Part shown: positions 36,912-46,479 of the stretch, piece after piece
How positions within the stretch are numbered: position 1 is the stretch's first letter
Layout of the letters: each line of letters opens with the position of its first letter
NCBI GenBank assembly: GCA_964564305.1
Contig: CAZMAM010000003.1
Location: 7,983 to 71,982 of the forward strand
DNA: 64,000 bases
Direction: 5' to 3'
DNA from: an uncultured Eubacteriales bacterium
Lineage (GTDB): Bacteria; Bacillota; Clostridia; Oscillospirales; Acutalibacteraceae
Made by a program: the position numbers and the translations under genes
Notes under the pieces: generated by a model
What the model was told of the DNA's origin: nothing
Databases searched by the model: none
The model's input: only the letters and a program-made list of their open reading frames with translations

Positions 36912-36954
36912 AACAAAAGCTCGCCAAAAGCTTTGCTTTCGGCGAGCTTTTAAT
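36912..36954. terminator. Bidirectional hairpin terminator between ilvC and the convergent CHAP gene
   Basis: AAAGCTCGCC-a-AAAGC-ttt-GCTTT-c-GGCGAGCTTT is flanked by T-rich sequence on both strands. Confidence 0.7.
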
Positions 36955-37702
36955 ATTCAGTATGCGCTTTCCTGAGGGCATCCGTAACCCTTGATAAACG
37001 GCCAATCCTGCGGAATCGTGCGCGTAACCAGTTTTCCGTTGATAATGGGGCCGCCATAGGCGTCGCGCAAAGTTCCGTTTCCTTCAAAGTTCCGTTTCCT
37101 TCAATGACGGTGACCATTTTGGCATGTGTATCCACCGATACGACAATTCCGACGTGTTCGCCGCTTTGCGCGGCATCCGGTGCATCGCTGTACTGCCGTT
37201 GATTTTTGAAATCATAAATAATAATATCGCCGACATGCGGCGTATACCGGTTAGCGGAATGATACGGAATATGAAAATCATCTGCGTCGGCATATATGGA
37301 AGGAGTCATGCCGGAGTGTTCCGGAAGGCCGCACCGGTCGGCGCAATAAGAAATGGAAATTGCGCACCAAGATACTTCTTCGTCAAAATCCGCCCACTGC
37401 CAATATTTTTCTCCTTCTCCGTTTGGATTGGAATCATATTCGTCCAAAGACTGCAAAGCCAGTGCTCCGTCAAGGGTGGACGGATCGGGGCGGGAAAGCG
37501 TGACGGCGGAAGTCTGGGGTGTTGAAGTTTGCGGTGAATCGGTTTCGGTGGTTTTTGTGAATTCGGGTTTATTCTCGGTTACCGGACGGCTGAGGATATA
37601 CGTCGCTACAAACAGACAGGCGGAAATAATCATCAGAAGCAGGGAAGCGGAAAACAACAATTTGTTCCGGTTCTGGGAAGATTGAAGCGACACAGGAATC
37701 AC
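36950..37702 (-). CDS. Membrane-anchored CHAP-domain peptidoglycan hydrolase; the C-terminus is altered by a 17-bp tandem duplication (possible pseudogene or recent variant)
   Basis: An N-terminal TM is present. Candidate CHAP Cys (VSWCAISISYC) and His (GEHVGIVVSV) motifs and the TVIEGN motif are present. The frame shifts right after EGNGTL. Confidence 0.7.
   Translation of the reverse strand: MIPVSLQSSQNRNKLLFSASLLLMIISACLFVATYILSRPVTENKPEFTKTTETDSPQTSTPQTSAVTLSRPDPSTLDGALALQSLDEYDSNPNGEGEKYWQWADFDEEVSWCAISISYCADRCGLPEHSGMTPSIYADADDFHIPYHSANRYTPHVGDIIIYDFKNQRQYSDAPDAAQSGEHVGIVVSVDTHAKMVTVIEGNGTLKETELCATPMAAPLSTENWLRARFRRIGRLSRVTDALRKAHTEY
37071..37104. repeat. Perfect 2 x 17-bp tandem duplication inside the CHAP gene
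   Basis: AGTTCCGTTTCCTTCAA occurs at 37071-37087 and again at 37088-37104. Confidence 0.95.
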
Positions 37703-37936
37703 CTCTTCAAGAATAATAAAACAGAGATGAGCAAAACTCCAATTTGCTCACGGTGAAATACAATATATTGAGCAATCACTCGATACAATTACCTATATAA
37801 TGTAAATTACTTTTGCAAAACTTGTGTTTTGCTCATCTCTCATAATAAAAGGCAAAAAAACGAGAGAACCCGTTCATAGAACCAATATTCTATTCCTTGC
37901 AGATGACACAGGGGTGACGGATCGGTTACAAAATCG

Positions 37937-38900
37937 TCACTCTGTCGGCGTCTGCTGTTCGGCCTGCACCGATCGGTACAATTTTAAGGAATCTTCAAAA
38001 CGGCCGGTGTCAGTGCTGTTGAGCACCACGCAAAGATAGGTGCGATTATCGATAACGGCAGCGGAAACAAGGCATTTCCCGGCTTGTTCCGTTGATCCGG
38101 TTTTCAATCCGATGGCTTGCGGCAGGTAATATGGGCTGTCCGGGTGTACCAAATAGTTGCTGTTTTGAATCGTAAACGTTTCGCCGTCTGTGTAACGCAC
38201 CGTCATCGAAGCCTTCGGGGTGATGGCCCGGATAACGGGATTTTCCAAACAGGCGGATGCGATAATCGCAAGGTCGTGCGCTGTTGTATACTGATTTTCG
38301 GCATCGTACCCGTCCGGGGAAACAAAATTTGAGGATACCGCTCCTAAGGTGTGAGCCTTTTCATTCATGCGGTGCACAAAGCCTTCCACCGGTTCTTCCT
38401 CTCTGCATTTTTCACCGGCACATTGAGCCAGCGCATAAGCGGCGTCGTTTCCGGACGGCAAGAGCATACAGGCCATCAAATCCCGCAGCGACATTTGTCT
38501 TCCGATTTGCAGCCCGACACGGGATGCGTCGTCGGCGATGAGCAAGACCGCGTCGGAAATCGTTACCGTTTCGTCAGGGTTGCAAAAATCCAAGGCAGTC
38601 AGAGCGGTGAGCAATTTTGTGGTGCTGGCGGGCGCAAGCGGGGTATCCGGATCTTTTTCATAGAGCGATTGTCCGGTGGACACATTCCAAAAACAGGCCG
38701 ACGCTGCTTCCATCTCCGGAGGATCAATTTTTTCGGGAACAGAAGTTGTTGTCGGCGGATCGGTTTCTGCCGGCGGAATGACGGGAGATGCATTGTTCTG
38801 CGGGGTAAAAACCGGCAAATTGCGGATGCCGGCAATCATCAGGAAACCGATGCCGATAAGCAAAACGGCGGTTATGAGTAAATTTTTTCGCTTACGCACT
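37937..38900 (-). CDS. D-alanyl-D-alanine carboxypeptidase (PBP5/6-type serine peptidase S11)
   Basis: SxxK is ASTTKLLT, SxN is LPSGND, and KTG is KTGST. GTG 38900 follows GAAGGAG. The longer track ORF would run into rpmB and is rejected. Confidence 0.85.
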
Positions 38901-38994
38901 TTTTTGCTCCTTCTTAAAAAATCCGACCACACGCTAAAGCATGGTCGGATCTCATGGGTTTTGACAGCATTTCTCCTGAAAACGGGGAAATATT

Positions 38995-39183
38995 TTACAC
39001 GGCACGGGTAACTTTGCCGGAACGCAGGCAACGGGTGCACGCGTAAACTCTTTTTGGAGAGCCGTTTACAACAGCCTTTACCCGCTTAACGTTCGGTTTC
39101 CACGCGCGATTGGCTCTTCTGTGCGAATGTGACACGCGAATGCCAAACGTCACGCTTTTTCCGCAGAAATCGCATTTTGCCAT
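38995..39183 (-). CDS. rpmB: 50S ribosomal protein L28
   Basis: MAKCDFCGKSVTFGIRVSHSHRRANRAWKPNVKRV, 62 aa. Confidence 0.95.
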   Translation of the reverse strand: MAKCDFCGKSVTFGIRVSHSHRRANRAWKPNVKRVKAVVNGSPKRVYACTRCLRSGKVTRAV

Positions 39184-39425
39184 TTGGTCTTACCTCCTAA
39201 CTCCTGTACGAGAGCTTATTCTACCAGAATTAACCGAAAAATGCAAGGGTCACACGGTAGAATGTTCTTTGTATTCTCGCGCATCGGCTTTTTTCATCGA
39301 ATAAGACAAAATTCACCGCAGCAATCGGCCTTCTTATTATCTAATGATTACAAAACGCAACGGATAAATTCCCGAATGGTGGAAAAATAACCGTGAAATC
39401 GAGAGTAGACGGGATCGAGTTACGC

Positions 39426-40034
39426 TTATTTTATATTTTCCGCCGGGTAATCGATGACGACATGGTCATACGCGTTCACCACAATAGTGTCGCCCTGTAC
39501 GGATTCCTGCGGCGTGGTGAAAGAATAATTCAAGTGCGTGTGACCGTGTACGAAATATTTGGGATGATAGGTTTCCATTAAATTCAAGAAGCATTCAAAT
39601 CCCCTGTGGGAAAGCGTATCTTCATCGTTGATATGGCGGGCGGGTGCATGAGTGACCAGAATATCGAATCCGCCAGTCTTTTTTAACCGATGCTTCAGCT
39701 TGCGAATGCGTCGGCACATTTGCTGTTCCGTATACATGTATTTTCCGTCCCGATAGCGGTAAGATCCGCCTAAACCGAGAATGCGTATGCCTTTGCATTC
39801 CACGATTTCATCGTCGATGCACACACAGCCTTCCGGAGGATTTTTATCGTATCCCTCATCGTGATTGCCGTGGACATAAAAAAGCGGACAGTTTGCCATG
39901 GTGACCAAAAATTCCAAAAATTCCCGATGTAAGTCGCCGCAAGCTAAGATAAAATCAAAGCCTTTCAGTTTTCCCGGAAGATAATAATCGTAATAATACG
40001 GTGCATCCACATCGGCAACGGTTAAAATTCTCAT
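39426..40034 (-). CDS. Metallophosphoesterase family protein
   Basis: GDLH, GNHD and GHTH motifs. It overlaps the upstream gene by 4 nt. Confidence 0.75.
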   Translation of the reverse strand: MRILTVADVDAPYYYDYYLPGKLKGFDFILACGDLHREFLEFLVTMANCPLFYVHGNHDEGYDKNPPEGCVCIDDEIVECKGIRILGLGGSYRYRDGKYMYTEQQMCRRIRKLKHRLKKTGGFDILVTHAPARHINDEDTLSHRGFECFLNLMETYHPKYFVHGHTHLNYSFTTPQESVQGDTIVVNAYDHVVIDYPAENIK

Positions 40035-41965
40035 ACCGTGCCTCCGCTTGCCGATTTTTCGGGATTTTTCACGGCGGGTTCCACTCCGACCATATCAACG
40101 GTCGCTTTGCCCACCTCATCCAATTGCTCGTAAGCGGGAATTGATCCTTCGACATTCTCCGCCAGCCAGTCCATGGTGATGATTTCCTCCGCCGAAAGTT
40201 CGCCTTCCGTTTTTTTGCCGCTTTGAGCGTATATTTCTCCGGAAAAAGGCCGGCAGATATCCGCACGAATGCTTTCCTGAAGCAGCTTGGACATTTTTCG
40301 CGTGGAGGGCGGAACTTTATCGGTGCAATGGACTTTGACCACGCCGGCGGACATACCCCAGAAGTAGTTAATTGCTTTTTCGCTTTCCTCATATTCCGCT
40401 TTCAGGCTCTTGTCCTGAATTTGCCGGAGCAAAGCTTCATAATAGGTTCCCCACTGCCACACGGGTGTGGCCAGGTGAACCAGATTGCCCTCCGTTAACA
40501 GCGACAGGCCAAAGCTGATATCTTCCTCATCGCCCGAACGGGTGAGATCCCGCGAGGAGATCAGCCGAATGCCGCGGTCAGTCAGGCGGGTGAGCGCCTC
40601 GTCCGCGCTTCCGACAGAGGACCATTCCAGATATACCTTGGCGCGGGGATTGACCATTTGTACCCCGAGCGCAAACGCGTTGATGCCGGCAACCTGCCCG
40701 AAGATCGGGTAATCGCACAGGTACCCCACATCGTCCTCACCCGCGAGCGCTCCCGCCACGGCGCCGATAACGAATTTAGCCTCATACATGCGGGCGTAGT
40801 AGGTGCGGATATATCGGTGGGGCTTGTTGAGCGAACAGTTGAGAATGGTAACTTGCGGATGTTCTACCGCCGCGCGCAGAGAAGCGGGAAGCAGGCGAGG
40901 AGAGGTGGTAAACAGCACGGAACTTCCGTCCGCAATCGCCTGTTCGATAACCGCGTTTGGGTCGTTGTCCATCGCGTGAAAGTAAGCGGCGGTTTGGATT
41001 TTATCCCGAAATACTTTCTGTACATGGCTGCGCCCTTCTTCGTGTCCTTTTGTCCAACCGGAAGTAGACGGGTCTTTGTCGTGAATAAAAGCGACCCGCA
41101 TCTCTTTTTTTTCGGAGGAAGAAAACATTTTGGAGAGCAGCCCTGGTTTTTTCTCCGAGGGATCCAGCTTGACCTCTATCGGTTCTTCCTGCTGCTGCAG
41201 GGCAATTTCCTCCCACATTTTGGCGATTTTATCTTTGGTTGCTTCCCGGTTTTGCAAGGCGGAATATCCGTAAATTTGAATAAAAGTCAGCAGAGCGTCC
41301 CCTACGGTGGTGCTCAGTTTTTCTCCGCCGACGCTCTCGTAATCCTGTCGAAAATAGCTGTATGCGCTGGAAAAATCGCGGCGTTCTTCTTCCGACCAGA
41401 TTTCATCCGGCGCCTTCCCCAGCAATTCCTGTAGGCGCACGTAACTGCCCGGTTTGGTAAATTCAATGTTGTTGATGCCGCTGCACCGGTTGAACGCGAG
41501 AAACTCGTTGTACATCTCCACTTCCCTAGAGCCGTTTTGCTCCGGGAGTATGCGAACAACATGCGCGTCAATGTTATACGCGCCGAAAAATTTCAGTACG
41601 CTTACCCGCTTATTTCCTTCCTGAACATAATAGCGATTCATGTATTCGTACGCTTTAATTGGATCGCGGATGCCTTCGGCCAAATGCGAATCGCAAAGAG
41701 CTTTCCACTTCACCGCAAATTCTGTGTCTTCTTCCAAAAGCGGCATAAAATTGCGGGCAAAGGCAGTGGATCGGGCACCGGTACAGGTTCCGACGATAAA
41801 GTCCATGGGAATTTGAATCAGGCCCAGGTCGTTTCCATGATGGAGCTGCTCATCGGGAATAAAATCGCCAAGCGCGGGAAGATACGGGTATTCTCCGCGA
41901 AAGGTACAGGCACGAAATTCTTTTTGCCCCAATTTTTGCGCATCCTTGTAGTACAGTTCGGGCAT
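40031..41965 (-). CDS. Cytoplasmic protein with a C-terminal BMP/PnrA-like (periplasmic-binding-fold) domain and an uncharacterised roughly 280-aa N-terminal domain
   Basis: No signal peptide is present. The C-half (RVAFIHDKD...GYLCDYPIFGQVAGINAFALGVQMVNPRAKVYLEW) resembles the BMP family. The N-half was not recognised. Confidence 0.5.
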   Translation of the reverse strand: MPELYYKDAQKLGQKEFRACTFRGEYPYLPALGDFIPDEQLHHGNDLGLIQIPMDFIVGTCTGARSTAFARNFMPLLEEDTEFAVKWKALCDSHLAEGIRDPIKAYEYMNRYYVQEGNKRVSVLKFFGAYNIDAHVVRILPEQNGSREVEMYNEFLAFNRCSGINNIEFTKPGSYVRLQELLGKAPDEIWSEEERRDFSSAYSYFRQDYESVGGEKLSTTVGDALLTFIQIYGYSALQNREATKDKIAKMWEEIALQQQEEPIEVKLDPSEKKPGLLSKMFSSSEKKEMRVAFIHDKDPSTSGWTKGHEEGRSHVQKVFRDKIQTAAYFHAMDNDPNAVIEQAIADGSSVLFTTSPRLLPASLRAAVEHPQVTILNCSLNKPHRYIRTYYARMYEAKFVIGAVAGALAGEDDVGYLCDYPIFGQVAGINAFALGVQMVNPRAKVYLEWSSVGSADEALTRLTDRGIRLISSRDLTRSGDEEDISFGLSLLTEGNLVHLATPVWQWGTYYEALLRQIQDKSLKAEYEESEKAINYFWGMSAGVVKVHCTDKVPPSTRKMSKLLQESIRADICRPFSGEIYAQSGKKTEGELSAEEIITMDWLAENVEGSIPAYEQLDEVGKATVDMVGVEPAVKNPEKSASGGTV

Positions 41966-42125
41966 GTTTTTTCCCCCTTGATGATGGTCCGCTCGCTTAT
42001 GCCGCCAAAGCGGCAGAATCGGGTTTTATCAAAAACCGTGAACGAAATATCCACATTTACGCGGTGTGCGCCTTTCGCATCCCTATCCTAGACTGATGAT
42101 TTGCCGTGATTTGCGAAGAAGCCTA

Positions 42126-42593
42126 TCACGGTAGATGAAGAATATAGGGCGTAACGGTATTTTTCTCAATTTCCAAAATTCCGTAACTTCCGTCATATCC
42201 GCCCACGCTTCCCGGGTTAAACAGAAGCATCCCATTGCAGTACTGAATAAGCGGGGAATGTGTGTGCCCGAAAAGCGCCGCCACAGCGCGGTGCTGTGCG
42301 GCTGCGGCATAAAGAGACAGGTAAGAGGATTTTACATGTTCCGCCCAGCCGTGAGTCAGGTACAGGGGTCCGGCGGTGGTGGGCAGCAGGGAAAACAGCG
42401 GATAATCCTCCTGAAAATCGCAGTTTCCGCGTACCGTGTAAAAGAGTAGCTGTGGGAACATCCGTTGCGCGCTCTCCGCGTCCCGAACGCCGTCGCCCAA
42501 ATGGATGATTGCTTGCGCCTTCGGTTGCCGTAAAATCGCCTGACGAATCGCTTCGGTATGGCCGTGACTGTCGGATAACACCAAAATGGTCAT
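42126..42593 (-). CDS. YfcE/MJ0936-type metallophosphoesterase
   Basis: MTILVLSDSHGH, HLGDG and GHTH motifs; 155 aa. Confidence 0.8.
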   Translation of the reverse strand: MTILVLSDSHGHTEAIRQAILRQPKAQAIIHLGDGVRDAESAQRMFPQLLFYTVRGNCDFQEDYPLFSLLPTTAGPLYLTHGWAEHVKSSYLSLYAAAAQHRAVAALFGHTHSPLIQYCNGMLLFNPGSVGGYDGSYGILEIEKNTVTPYILHLP

Positions 42594-43429
42594 GGCTTTT
42601 CTCCTTCTATCAGTAAGCGGTAAATTTCGCTTTTTTTAACGCCGGTTTCGGCGGCGGCCAGTCGGGCGGCCTCACTTTTGGAAAATCCTTTCGAGAGATA
42701 TATTTTGGCCGATTCCGCCGCTTTTAGCGGGGTTACCGACTTAGGCGAAAATTGCGTTCCGCCGATGATTAGAACAAATTCTCCGCGCGGCGGCTCGCAC
42801 GCATAGTGTGTGCAAGCCTGGGCAAGGTCGGTGAGCAGCACCTCTTCGTGCCGTTTGGTCAGTTCCCGGCAAAGCGCCGCAGGCCGGTCTCCCAAATAAT
42901 TCGTTAATTCCCGCAACGTGGTTTGCAGGCGGTGCGGCGCTTCGTACAGCACGATGGTTCTTTCTTCCGTTTGCAAGGCTTTCAGGCGATTTATCCGTTC
43001 TTTTCCGGTCGGTAAAAATCCTTCAAACACAAATCGCCTGCAGGGCATTCCGGAAATTGCCAAGGCCGTGGTCAGCGCGGTCGGCCCCGGTGCGCATACC
43101 ACCGGAATGTCTTTTTCGCGGCACATTCGCACCAAATCCGCCCCCGGATCGGATATCGCGGGCATACCGGCGTCGGTGACTAAGGCGCAGGTTTCTCCCG
43201 CCAAAATACGCTCGCAGATACGCATTCCCTGTTCCCGTTTGTTGTGCTCATGATAACTGATCAGGGGCCTTTTAATTTTCAGATAATTGAGCAATTTTAA
43301 GCTTACCCGGGTGTCCTCCGCCGCAACAAAATCACTGTTTTTCAGCGCCTCTCCGGCACGGGGAGTCAAATCGGCGAGATTTCCTATCGGTGTGCCGACC
43401 ACCGTCAGTTTTCCGCTCAAAAGCAACAC
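42590..43429 (-). CDS. rsmI: 16S rRNA (cytidine1402-2'-O)-methyltransferase
   Basis: LTVVGTPIGNLADLTPRA...AEDTR...SDAGMPAISDPG. Confidence 0.9.
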   Translation of the reverse strand: MLLLSGKLTVVGTPIGNLADLTPRAGEALKNSDFVAAEDTRVSLKLLNYLKIKRPLISYHEHNKREQGMRICERILAGETCALVTDAGMPAISDPGADLVRMCREKDIPVVCAPGPTALTTALAISGMPCRRFVFEGFLPTGKERINRLKALQTEERTIVLYEAPHRLQTTLRELTNYLGDRPAALCRELTKRHEEVLLTDLAQACTHYACEPPRGEFVLIIGGTQFSPKSVTPLKAAESAKIYLSKGFSKSEAARLAAAETGVKKSEIYRLLIEGEKP

Positions 43430-43448
43430 CTTTTACCGAGTTTTGTAT

Positions 43449-44372
43449 TTAACGGGTCATGGCGAGACAGACCCATTCGCGCAGTTCCCTTCGGTGCTCC
43501 GTATGAAAACCGAGGTGACCGACCGCCTGCCGGACATCGTTTTCTCGCGCTTGAATGATTCCGGAAACAATGAAAAGTCCGTTTGGCTTGAGCAGCGGAA
43601 ACACATCGGGTGCGAGGGCGATAATGGCGTCCGCCACAATATTTGCCGCAATCACATCAAAAGAGCCGGTTACTCCGCTTGCGAGATTGCTCTGCACAAC
43701 GGTGTATTTCGGCGGTGCAAATCCGCACCGTTTTCCGTTTTCCCGCGCGGTTTTTACACTGAGCGGGTCAATATCCGTCGCATATGCGGAATTGGCGCCC
43801 AGCAGCAGCGATGCAATAGAGAGAATGCCGCTTCCGCACCCGATATCCAGCATATCGCTGCGCGGGGTGATACGATTCTCCAATTCTTCCAAAACCATAC
43901 GTGTGGTTTCGTGCGTGCCCGTTCCAAACGCCATCCCGGGATCGATAGTCAGCAGTATCCGCCCTTCGGGAGGCGGGACGGTTTCCCATGTGGGGCAAAT
44001 CCAAAGTTTTTTGCCTATCGGAATCGGCTTAAAATATTGCTTCCAGCTGTTTGCCCAGTCTTCTTCCCGAACGGGCGCAGTATACGATTCAACGGGGATT
44101 CCCGCGGCAAGAAAATGATCTTGCAGAAAAGCTGCTGCCTTGGCGAGGTTATCCTCAGGGGAAAAATACAAATGAATCACGCTGTGCCGGCGATCTTTTT
44201 GGGTAAGGGACGGATCAAGGAGATCGCTGTGCGCTATCGCGAGTGCGTCTTTTTCCAAGTCGCGGTAATCCTCAATGTACAGCCCGAGCGATGTCGTCAT
44301 ACCGGCTATGGCTGTCGCTTTCTCGGTATCTTCCGCGCGCACCGTCAGGGAAAGTTCTGTCCATTCGTTCAT
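43449..44372 (-). CDS. prmA: Ribosomal protein L11 methyltransferase
   Basis: MNEWTELSL...DPGMAFGTGTHETT...LDIGCGSGILSIA. Confidence 0.9.
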   Translation of the reverse strand: MNEWTELSLTVRAEDTEKATAIAGMTTSLGLYIEDYRDLEKDALAIAHSDLLDPSLTQKDRRHSVIHLYFSPEDNLAKAAAFLQDHFLAAGIPVESYTAPVREEDWANSWKQYFKPIPIGKKLWICPTWETVPPPEGRILLTIDPGMAFGTGTHETTRMVLEELENRITPRSDMLDIGCGSGILSIASLLLGANSAYATDIDPLSVKTARENGKRCGFAPPKYTVVQSNLASGVTGSFDVIAANIVADAIIALAPDVFPLLKPNGLFIVSGIIQARENDVRQAVGHLGFHTEHRRELREWVCLAMTR

Positions 44373-45895
44373 TTGTGTTCACCCAAAAAAGCTTCCAATT
44401 CGCGCACATTTAGCGAATCGCATCGGTTCATGAACGGCGCAAACGCCTGCGCTATGTGTCTGCAACCGTTTTTTTGATTGCTTTCGATATTCATCGGCAT
44501 TACGGGATCGTGCACGGACAGCCGAAGCAGCGCCCAGCCGTCGCCGTTTTGTTCGTCAAACGAAATGCGAACCCCTTCACAGCTGTCGTCCGCCACATGC
44601 CAGCCCTGTTGCTTGGCGTAGAATTCCAGTTCCCGCAGAACCCGGTTGCCGTAATCGGCAAAATCCGGAGCGGTGATGGGAAAGCGCAATTCTTTTTCTT
44701 CCGCCGGTTCGGCAAGCGAAGCAATCAGATCCTCCGGGGATTTTCCCTCTTTGCGCAAGTTGGCGGTCAGAATAATCAATCGGGTGATTAGATACGCTCC
44801 ATCGTCCAGAAAATAATTTTCTTTCAGCGCGGCATGGCCGGAAGTTTCAATCGCCAAAGGCGTATACTGTCCTTCCCGGTTCAAACGGATGGCTTCGTTA
44901 ATCACGTTTTTATAACCCCGTTTAAAGCGGCGATGAGTTCCGCCCAAGGTCTGTTCGATAAAAATTTTTAATCCGTCGGAAGTGACGGAATCGGTGACGA
45001 TTACGCCGGGAACCGGGTGATCGGGATATCCCATGGCCATGGCGGCGGCAAGGGCAATCAGCCGGTTGCGGTTAATTTCCTTTCCGTCTTTGCCTACACA
45101 TCCCGCGCGATCCACATCGGTATCGAAAATAACCCCCAAATCTGCATGAGCGGTTACGGTCGCTTCGCAGACAGAAGCCATGGCTTGTTCATTTTCGGGA
45201 TTGGGAATATGATTCGGAAAGTTTCCGTCCGGGTTTAAGAATCGGCTTCCCGAAATATCCGCACCCAGCGGGGCAAGCACATCGGTGGCGTAAAAACCGC
45301 CCACTCCGTTCCCAGCGTCCACCACAATGTGAAATCCGGCAAGCGGATAATTCGTTTGGGCGCCGGCGATACCGTTGAGAATCATTTTCCTTAAGCGGGC
45401 GGCATAGCGAGATAGCAGTTCTGTCCTTTGAACCGATCCTTTTTTCGGCGTTAATGCGGCGCCTTGAGCACAGACCCGGAGGATTTCGCAGATATCCTGT
45501 TTTTCAAGGCCTCCCGACGGAGTGAAAAACTTCAGTCCGTTTCGCTGACGGGGGTGATGGCTTGCGGTAATCATTATTGCGCCGTCGGTGGGGATTTCAA
45601 GTGTGGAAAAAAACATGGCCGGCGTGGTGCAAAGTTCACCGTAATACACGGTCACGCCCATCCCTGTCAGCGCGCGCATGACCGCATCGGCGAGCCGGGG
45701 CCCGGACAGACGGCAGTCTCTGCCCAGCGAAATTTTCAGCTCGGAAACCGGTTTGCCTGTTTTCTCGTTAAGCCATAGCGCAAAAGCCCTCGCCATGGTT
45801 TCCACTGCGTCATCGGTCAGATCAAGCGGCTCGCCCGTTCCGTCAGTTGCCACGCCGCGAATATCGCTGCCGCTTTGAAAATGCATCCAGTCCAT
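44369..45895 (-). CDS. Phosphomannomutase/phosphoglucomutase (alpha-D-phosphohexomutase family)
   Basis: The active-site loop is ITASHHP and the metal loop is FDTDVDR. Confidence 0.85.
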   Translation of the reverse strand: MDWMHFQSGSDIRGVATDGTGEPLDLTDDAVETMARAFALWLNEKTGKPVSELKISLGRDCRLSGPRLADAVMRALTGMGVTVYYGELCTTPAMFFSTLEIPTDGAIMITASHHPRQRNGLKFFTPSGGLEKQDICEILRVCAQGAALTPKKGSVQRTELLSRYAARLRKMILNGIAGAQTNYPLAGFHIVVDAGNGVGGFYATDVLAPLGADISGSRFLNPDGNFPNHIPNPENEQAMASVCEATVTAHADLGVIFDTDVDRAGCVGKDGKEINRNRLIALAAAMAMGYPDHPVPGVIVTDSVTSDGLKIFIEQTLGGTHRRFKRGYKNVINEAIRLNREGQYTPLAIETSGHAALKENYFLDDGAYLITRLIILTANLRKEGKSPEDLIASLAEPAEEKELRFPITAPDFADYGNRVLRELEFYAKQQGWHVADDSCEGVRISFDEQNGDGWALLRLSVHDPVMPMNIESNQKNGCRHIAQAFAPFMNRCDSLNVRELEAFLGEHK

Positions 45896-45909
45896 ATGTT
45901 TCCCTCCCG

Positions 45910-46479
45910 TTACCGCTCAAACAGATGATCGCAAACGGTTTTGATTCCGATCAATATTAAAATGACCCCTCCGGCTATGGACGCGCCTTTTTCAAAGCGC
46001 CTGCCCAAGGTGCTGCCCAGCATGACTCCAATAGAGGAAAGCGCAAAAGTAATCAGCCCGATCAGAGCAATGCTCAGGGGAACATTGGTGTTTGGCACCA
46101 AAGCAAAAGTAATTCCCGCCGCCAGCGCGTCGATAGATGTGGCCACCGAGAGCATCAATAATTCCCGCAAGTGCAATTTGTCCCCGGCCTCGCCCTTGAT
46201 GTTTTCGGGGTGAAACGCTTCCCAGATCATTTTTCCGCCGATGAGGGTGAGAAGAATGAAGACCACCCAGTGGTCAAAAGCGGAAATGGCCGCTTCGAAC
46301 TGACGCCCCAGAAGCCAGCCCAGAAAAGGCATCAGCGCCTGAAATCCACCGAAAAACAGCCCGACGGTCAGTGCCTGCGGTACGGTGGGGCGGCGCAGGG
46401 TCAAGCCTTTGCAAATGGCCGCTGCAAAAGCATCCATGGCCAGCCCAACCGCCAGCAACAGCATTTCCCAGATATTCAT
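45910..46479 (-). CDS. mntP: Manganese efflux pump MntP
   Basis: MNIWEMLLLAVGLAMDAFAAAI and a second SIDALAAG half. ATG 46479 overlaps the upstream stop (ATGA). Confidence 0.85.
   Translation of the reverse strand: MNIWEMLLLAVGLAMDAFAAAICKGLTLRRPTVPQALTVGLFFGGFQALMPFLGWLLGRQFEAAISAFDHWVVFILLTLIGGKMIWEAFHPENIKGEAGDKLHLRELLMLSVATSIDALAAGITFALVPNTNVPLSIALIGLITFALSSIGVMLGSTLGRRFEKGASIAGGVILILIGIKTVCDHLFER

Noticed and set aside
37937-39040. A 367-aa version of the D,D-carboxypeptidase ORF, extending upstream to 39040.
   Set aside because: The extension overlaps the 3' end of rpmB and encodes Arg/Pro-rich junk. GTG 38900 has a GAAGGAG RBS and begins at the basic-TM signal region.
43287-44477. 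A 396-aa plus-strand ORF spans the rsmI-prmA junction.
   Set aside because: The minus strand encodes unmistakable RsmI and PrmA sequences. The plus-strand ORF is a shadow frame.
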